From positions 18,241 through 82,240 of the forward strand of contig JAQBQZ010000002.1 of NCBI GenBank assembly GCA_028286725.1: a stretch of DNA of 64,000 bases, written 5' to 3'. The notes below the pieces were generated by a model. It had not been told where the DNA came from, did no database searches, and was given only the letters and a program-made list of their open reading frames with translations. Made by a program: the position numbers and the translations under genes. Positions 58,890 to 64,000 of the stretch are shown here, one piece after another. The DNA comes from Candidatus Tayloriibacteriota bacterium. GTDB lineage: Bacteria > Patescibacteriota > Minisyncoccia > Phycocordibacterales > CAIRYW01. Within the stretch, counting starts at the first letter, position 1, and the number at the start of each line of letters is the position of its first letter.

Positions 58890-59040
58890 AATAGTATCAA
58901 GAGAGTAGGAAGGGAATTGGCCCATTGATCTGCTCAGCAACTTGTCCAGGTGTCTGGATAAAGTGCTCCCAACCCTTCATTGGGAAAGATATGTTCTACA
59001 ATTCTTTCTTCCAAAAAGGGAGGAAGGATTTTTTCTTTTT
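58890..59040 (+). promoter_or_regulatory. SAM-I (S-box) riboswitch with intrinsic-terminator expression platform, upstream of metK
   Basis: aguAUCAAGAGAGuaGGAAGGGAauUGGCCCauUGAucug...GCAAC...aGUGCuCCCAAcCC...gggAAAGAUAug matches the SAM-I consensus (UCUUAUCAAGAGAGGNGGAGGGACUGGCCCGAUGA...GGCAACC...GGUGCCAAUUCC...AAAGAUGAG). It is followed by the hairpin ttcttcc-aaaaaggg-aggaagg plus attttttcttttt, about 40 nt before the metK ATG. Confidence 0.8.
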
Positions 59041-59078
59041 ACTACAAAATTGTTTATTATCATTAACCTTTTAAACAA

Positions 59079-60062
59079 ATGTTAAGAACAGCAGAAGCCG
59101 TAGCAGTAGGTCATCCAGACAAAATCTGTGACCAGATATCAGACGCGATCTTGGATGCGTGTCTCAAAGATGATCCAACAAGTCGTGTGGCTATAGAAAC
59201 TATGGGAGGGCATGGGATCATTACGATCACAGGAGAACTCACGACAAAGACTTATGTAAACATGCGACAAATCGCTCTCGATGTATATCGAGATTGTGGT
59301 AACAATGATGCGATAGGGGTTAATGTGAATGTAGTAGAACAAAGTCCTGAGATTGGCCACGGAGTCGATCGTGAGGGTGCTGGAGACCAGGGAATCATGG
59401 TGGGCTACGCATGTAATGAAACTCCAGAAATGCTTCCTCTTGAAGCGATTCTGGCTCGAAAGCTTGCAAAGGCTATGGGACGACATGATGGCAAAAGCCA
59501 GGTGACAGTCAACGATGGAAAGGTAGTAAAGGTTTTGACTTCACTTTGTACTTCGGGAGATCAGTCTGATGTGACACTCGAAAAATGTATGCGCGAAGAA
59601 ATTCTCCCACACTTTGATGGATCATGGGAAGAATTAGAGAAAGCATGGATGCAAAATCCAAATGGAGAATGGACAATTGGAGGATTCACGGCTGACACGG
59701 GGCTTACCGGACGAAAGCTTGCGGTAGATAACTACGGACCAAATATTCCTGTTGGAGGCGGATGTTTTTCTGGCAAGGATGCGACAAAGGTAGACAGAAG
59801 TGCGGCATATATGGCGCGAAGAATTGCGTGTGATTATTTGAAATCACGAAATGCAAAAGAAGTGTTCGTGCACATTGCATATGCGATCGGTGTTGCAGAG
59901 CCTTTGATGGCAGTAGCGGATATTGATGGAGTGCAGGAGGAAATAAAAGGATATGATTTAAAGCCAAAGGCAATTATAGAATTGTTGAATCTTCGACAGC
60001 CACAATTTCGTGAGACTGCAAAGTATGGACACTTTGGAAATGGATTTACTTGGGACAAATAA
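59079..60062 (+). CDS. metK: S-adenosylmethionine synthetase (compact 327-aa form)
   Basis: GHPDKICDQISDAILD, EGAGDQGIMVGYACNETPEMLP, GGGCFSGKDATKVDRSAAYMARRIA, YAIGVAEP. All three MetK domains are recognisable but shortened. Confidence 0.8.
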   Translation: MLRTAEAVAVGHPDKICDQISDAILDACLKDDPTSRVAIETMGGHGIITITGELTTKTYVNMRQIALDVYRDCGNNDAIGVNVNVVEQSPEIGHGVDREGAGDQGIMVGYACNETPEMLPLEAILARKLAKAMGRHDGKSQVTVNDGKVVKVLTSLCTSGDQSDVTLEKCMREEILPHFDGSWEELEKAWMQNPNGEWTIGGFTADTGLTGRKLAVDNYGPNIPVGGGCFSGKDATKVDRSAAYMARRIACDYLKSRNAKEVFVHIAYAIGVAEPLMAVADIDGVQEEIKGYDLKPKAIIELLNLRQPQFRETAKYGHFGNGFTWDK

Positions 60063-60075
60063 AGATAAATCAAAA

Positions 60076-60112
60076 ATAAAAAGCGCAGCTACCGTAGGTA
60101 TCTGCGCTTTTT
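60076..60112. terminator. Bidirectional terminator (aaaaagcgcag-ctaccgtaggtat-ctgcgcttttt)
   Basis: Hairpin flanked by A- and T-runs, between metK (+) and the M24 peptidase (-). Confidence 0.6.
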
Positions 60113-60121
60113 ATTTTTGAT

Positions 60122-60913
60122 TTATATAATCTCAATTTCTTTCTGTATCGGCGTTGTAATCAACATCTCATTTTTATCATTCACATAAAAATCCAATTCT
60201 GTTCGCATTCCGAAATCTTTGAGATACATTCCGGGTTCAATCGTATACCCAACATTTTTTAAGATAAGGGAATACTCTCGCCAATTGATCCCTGGGAGTT
60301 TGCCGTGAGGGGAGTCAAATCCGAGAGAGTGGCCGATAGTGTGTTTGATCGCGTCAGAATATCCGTTGCTACCGATATGGTCATGAGCGACTCGATCGAT
60401 ATCTACTCCTCGAGGCATTTGGTTCTTTTTTATCTCACTTTCAATATATTCTATTGCATTACTTCGAGATTTTATGAGCACTTCCCAGGTCTTTTGAATT
60501 TCCTTCGGTATCTTTTTTCCATAATGGAACATAAAAGTGGTATCTGCATACGGCGCCATTTTCTGGTCCAATCGTGCCCAAATATCAAGAAGGATCAAAG
60601 TGTTTGGAATCAGTTTCAGACCTTTGCCTTTTGGGAAATAATGGACTTGATTAGTGTTCTTTCCAAATGCAACAATTGCAAATTCTTTTTTATCATCATT
60701 TACGAGCTCGTGTTTTTTGTATGATCTTTTAATGAACTCTACACAATCTTTTTCGAAAAGGTCTTTCTTTACGTTTTTTTTCTCAAGAATAAAGTCCCTG
60801 AATTCATCTTTAATGATTCCAAGTTTTTCTCCTGCAGTTTTGTGCTGCTGAATTTGTTTTTGATTCCAGGATTTCATTTTATGCAGACATAAATTCATCT
60901 TTGTTAACTTCAC
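60122..60913 (-). CDS. M24-family metallopeptidase (Xaa-Pro aminopeptidase/creatinase fold)
   Basis: HTIGHSLGFDSPHG, GYTIEPGMY and RTE pita-bread-fold metal-ligand motifs. The N-terminal domain is short. Confidence 0.65.
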   Translation of the reverse strand: MKLTKMNLCLHKMKSWNQKQIQQHKTAGEKLGIIKDEFRDFILEKKNVKKDLFEKDCVEFIKRSYKKHELVNDDKKEFAIVAFGKNTNQVHYFPKGKGLKLIPNTLILLDIWARLDQKMAPYADTTFMFHYGKKIPKEIQKTWEVLIKSRSNAIEYIESEIKKNQMPRGVDIDRVAHDHIGSNGYSDAIKHTIGHSLGFDSPHGKLPGINWREYSLILKNVGYTIEPGMYLKDFGMRTELDFYVNDKNEMLITTPIQKEIEII

Positions 60914-61298
60914 TTAGATGTTTGAAATCACTTTTTTTGCTGTTACTGCCTCGCACTACAACAAGCATGTCATTATATGCTGCATCAAATATTTTAAGAT
61001 CTTCTGGGGACCCGACTTGTTCATGCTGTTTTGCTTTTCTAATTAGAATATTTATAGCATCAATGTCTCGATCAAATTGTTCAATCTTTGAAGCCGTATC
61101 TTCAGTATAGAGCATGGGAAATATTTCGGGCGGATATTTTTCCTCATAATGGGGTAATGGACTCACAGAACTTAGATCATCAGAAAACGTTGCTGACTCA
61201 ACGAATGATAATGGCACGAGTACATTGAGCACATCTCGAGTTAATCCCGTTTCTTGATTTGTTTGGCTTTCAGCCCGAGTGAGATCTTCGTAACCCAT
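60879..61298 (-). CDS. Hypothetical protein (139 aa)
   Basis: ORF between the M29 and M24 peptidase genes, overlapping the M24 start by about 35 nt. No motif recognised. Confidence 0.4.
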   Translation of the reverse strand: MGYEDLTRAESQTNQETGLTRDVLNVLVPLSFVESATFSDDLSSVSPLPHYEEKYPPEIFPMLYTEDTASKIEQFDRDIDAINILIRKAKQHEQVGSPEDLKIFDAAYNDMLVVVRGSNSKKSDFKHLSEVNKDEFMSA

Positions 61299-61302
61299 AA
61301 GT

Positions 61303-62547
61303 TTATTTTAGGAAAGTAAAATATCCATCTTTATAGATCACTTGTTCTGTTCCATCTTTCATATATGCGGTTACTGTTCGAGGTGTTGTTGAGACGATGT
61401 CTGTATGAACTGATGAAGAGTTAAATCCTAATTCCTCCCAATCTTCTACAGTCATCTGTGACGCATCGCCTGTATAGCAGTCGTGGTATGCGTTACCGAG
61501 AGCGAGGTGGGTGTTGCCGTATTTGCCGCCCACGTTCTCATCAAAGAGTGTTTCTGCCATGAACTTTGTGATTCGAGAAAACCTTGTGTCTGTGAGAGAG
61601 TATTCACCGATCTTGTCGGCATTTTCTGTTGCAATCATTTGCTTCAATACTTTTTCGTTTTGTGTCGCTTTGCTTTTGATTACTTTTCCATCTTTAAACC
61701 AGAGTTCAATTCCTGTGATGAGGTTTCCGTATCGATAAAGCGGTTCAGAAAATCTGATCCAGCCGTTAGTGCCTCTCCAATCTGGAGATGTAAAAATCTC
61801 AAATGATGGAATGTTTCTACCTGATCCACCCATCCACTTTTTCTTTTCACCGAGTTTGACCCAGAGATCTGCATCAGGTCCTTTGACATGAAGCTTTTCA
61901 ATCGGCATTGAGTTTAATTTGTCTTGCGCTTTCTCTACCATTTTGAAAACTTTCTTCCATTCTGCTATTGGATCTTTTTTGTCCAAGAAACAGGCTTTGA
62001 TTATCTGACCCCAATATTCTTTGAGGGTCATTTTCGCTTCCTTGGCCATTGCTGGCGTTCCATAGAGGGCGAGAGTCCAAGTGAATTTACCGGCATTTTC
62101 TTTGTGATTTCTCCAATCCATATATGGCTTGAATGCCTTACCTCGAGCCATGATCTTCTTTGGATCGATGCCTTTCAAGATGTGCTTATTGGTATCAGAA
62201 ATGATATAGATCGAGTGATCGATCTCATCGATAAGTCCTTTCATATATTTAGAAGGGAAATAGGAGAGCTGAGTGTCGCTCGCAAGTTCATAGAAGAGCC
62301 GGGAAACATTCGAGTTTGCTTTGTCATACGTTTCTTTATCATCTGGAATATAGTTGGTGATCACATTGCCACCTCGTTTGATGATCGCTTTGTAAAGCTC
62401 AACATACATTGGCTTTGCGTATTCATTGACTGTGAGATAAATTGTTTCACCTTTCTGTACACCTTTGCCACTTCCTAATGCAAAGTTCACAAGAACCTTT
62501 GCGTAGTTTTCTAATACTTTCTTTGATGGAATATAATCTTTTGCCAT
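61303..62547 (-). CDS. M29-family aminopeptidase (AmpS/PepS/aminopeptidase T-like)
   Basis: N-terminus KVLENYAKVLVNFALGSGKGVQKGETIYLTVNEYAKPMYVELYKAIIKRGG matches the M29 pattern. 414 aa. Confidence 0.75.
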   Translation of the reverse strand: MAKDYIPSKKVLENYAKVLVNFALGSGKGVQKGETIYLTVNEYAKPMYVELYKAIIKRGGNVITNYIPDDKETYDKANSNVSRLFYELASDTQLSYFPSKYMKGLIDEIDHSIYIISDTNKHILKGIDPKKIMARGKAFKPYMDWRNHKENAGKFTWTLALYGTPAMAKEAKMTLKEYWGQIIKACFLDKKDPIAEWKKVFKMVEKAQDKLNSMPIEKLHVKGPDADLWVKLGEKKKWMGGSGRNIPSFEIFTSPDWRGTNGWIRFSEPLYRYGNLITGIELWFKDGKVIKSKATQNEKVLKQMIATENADKIGEYSLTDTRFSRITKFMAETLFDENVGGKYGNTHLALGNAYHDCYTGDASQMTVEDWEELGFNSSSVHTDIVSTTPRTVTAYMKDGTEQVIYKDGYFTFLK

Positions 62548-62614
62548 ACGGTTTTATTTTATTTATTAATCTTTTTACTTGAAACTTGCTAACTTGATAC
62601 TTGGATACTTCCAC

Positions 62615-63889
62615 CTATGGTAGCGGTATTTCATGCTTCTTCTTGCCTACACTTATCATAAACGAAATTCCATTAAATACCACTATGCCAAACGTACCAC
62701 AAAAAACCCCAAAAAGAAGCCCTGCCAAGACATCTGATGCCCAATGGACCCCGAGATATATTCTCGAAAATCCAATAGTGAGTGATGTGGTGTATATAAG
62801 AGTCAAAAGCAGCCTGCGCTTTAGAGTGGATTTAATGTGTCTAAGGCTTATATAAGAGATTAGTATCGCGAGAATTATTGACATTGTCATATGTCCGCTA
62901 GGGAAGCTGCTTCCATCGGCGTTTATTATTCCCATAGGTCTCAACCGCGCATAGTGGATCTTCAAAAATTCAACAGCACCAAGTCCTGTGAGAAGTATTA
63001 ATGAAGTGAGTGACGCATCACGATACTGCTTCTTGCTTATAATATAGAGAACAAATAAAAGAGCGAGCGAAGTCATATAAAGCGGATCACCGAGTGTGCT
63101 AAACGTGAGCATGATGTTTGTCATGAGCGGGGTTTCGATCAGATGACGGAGTGTATATACGTGTTGATCAAAGATGGTAAAGAGTCTGCCTGTCACGAGA
63201 TCTCGAGCTATAAGTCCAAATAGATAGATAGTGACGGTTGAGGTGATAAACATGAATACATTGATCTTTTTGAGTTTGATGTTTTTCTTTTTTGCATAGT
63301 TCACTGCGAGAATTATGCAAATGGTAATGAATGTAGCCACGAAAATAAAGCTACCGAGAAATGCAGAAGCTCTTTCAAAGCTTTTGCCAAAGATAAAGCC
63401 AATAAGTATAGAAAGAAATGCCCACACAAAAGATGAGAGAATGTCTATAGAAAGAAATTTGTTTAAGCTGATGTTGCTCGCACCTCCAGCAATAGGGGTC
63501 AGAGTTCGAGTGAGTGAATGAAGTCTTCCAAAGAAGATTGATTTGAATGGATGAGCAGCAATAAGGGCTTTTGTCTTTTCGAATTGCTCGCGTTTGATAT
63601 AAAACTTTTTTTCAGCAGTGGTGAAATGGTGTCCATATTTATGACCAAGATAAAATCCTGTAAGGTCGCCAAGCACAGCGCCTAAAGTAGTTACAAGAAT
63701 TGTGGCCCAAAATCCAAAGAAATGAAGCTTAACCATAAATCCAGCAAGGATGATGATTGTCTGCCCTGGAATAAGCATGCCCAAAAGCGGAACCGATTCA
63801 ATGTAGGTAATAAGAAGAATTATCCAATATCCGAAGTGTCTAAAGGTATTTAGGTGGACTTCAAAAAAACTGACAAATAAGTGTTCCAT
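62615..63889 (-). CDS. DedA-like domain fused to a PAP2 (type-2 phosphatidic acid/undecaprenyl-PP phosphatase) domain, polytopic membrane protein
   Basis: N-terminal PLLGMLIPGQTIIILAGF DedA motif. C-terminal PAP2 motifs KIHYARLRP, SFPSGH and SRIYLGVHWASD. Confidence 0.7.
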   Translation of the reverse strand: MEHLFVSFFEVHLNTFRHFGYWIILLITYIESVPLLGMLIPGQTIIILAGFMVKLHFFGFWATILVTTLGAVLGDLTGFYLGHKYGHHFTTAEKKFYIKREQFEKTKALIAAHPFKSIFFGRLHSLTRTLTPIAGGASNISLNKFLSIDILSSFVWAFLSILIGFIFGKSFERASAFLGSFIFVATFITICIILAVNYAKKKNIKLKKINVFMFITSTVTIYLFGLIARDLVTGRLFTIFDQHVYTLRHLIETPLMTNIMLTFSTLGDPLYMTSLALLFVLYIISKKQYRDASLTSLILLTGLGAVEFLKIHYARLRPMGIINADGSSFPSGHMTMSIILAILISYISLRHIKSTLKRRLLLTLIYTTSLTIGFSRIYLGVHWASDVLAGLLFGVFCGTFGIVVFNGISFMISVGKKKHEIPLP

Positions 63890-64000
63890 GTGTGGTATAT
63901 AGTATATCGTAAGTAGTATGTAGTATAAAGCCTTATGGATTTAGCTTGAAATATACTTTATACTATTCATCCTCTAAAGTTTTGTCTATCGTATGCAATA

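Overview
The window reads as a low-GC (about 38-40%), gene-dense bacterial chromosome segment dominated by core information-processing genes, with short intergenic gaps and a recurring family of GC-rich palindromic rho-independent terminators. Recognised genes are tsf (3' end), pheS, pheT, gyrB, thrS, dnaE, rnhB, rpmF, a NusB-Nudix fusion, rnc, smc, rpsP, a KH-domain gene, trmD, rpoB, rpoC, dnaG, rpoD, hisS, truB, typA, mscL and metK. Several proteins are visibly reduced in length (PheS, ThrS, HisS without anticodon-binding domain, a 744-aa SMC). There is a sortase with a CARDB surface protein, a four-helix-bundle gene inside a MacAB-like transporter cluster, and two giant FN3-rich surface proteins ending in PG_binding_1 domains. 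These properties are consistent with a streamlined Patescibacteria/CPR-like lineage; that is an inference, not something tested here. One tRNA-Thr(UGU) and one clear SAM-I riboswitch (upstream of metK) are present. No CRISPR array, rRNA, transposase or integrase was seen. Accessory-looking content includes a processive GT2 glycosyltransferase, a CxxC thioredoxin-fold membrane protein and an LmbE deacetylase in one cluster. Others are a UvrD-like helicase fused to a Cas4/RecB-like nuclease with an upstream mini membrane ORF, a CYTH plus RibL-like nucleotidyltransferase operon, an MscL with a C-terminal zinc ribbon, a His-rich-tailed DsbA, and a DedA-PAP2 fusion. Oddities worth follow-up are a synonymously diverged duplicate of the last 11 codons of gyrB about 80 bp downstream of gyrB and a G9/C9 homopolymer sitting in two overlapping small ORFs. 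Further ones are a 573-bp in-frame tandem duplication inside the second giant surface gene, GC-rich structured islands of unknown function (after the tRNA, and between dnaE and rnhB), and a strongly basic KKP-rich N-terminal tail on the primary sigma factor.
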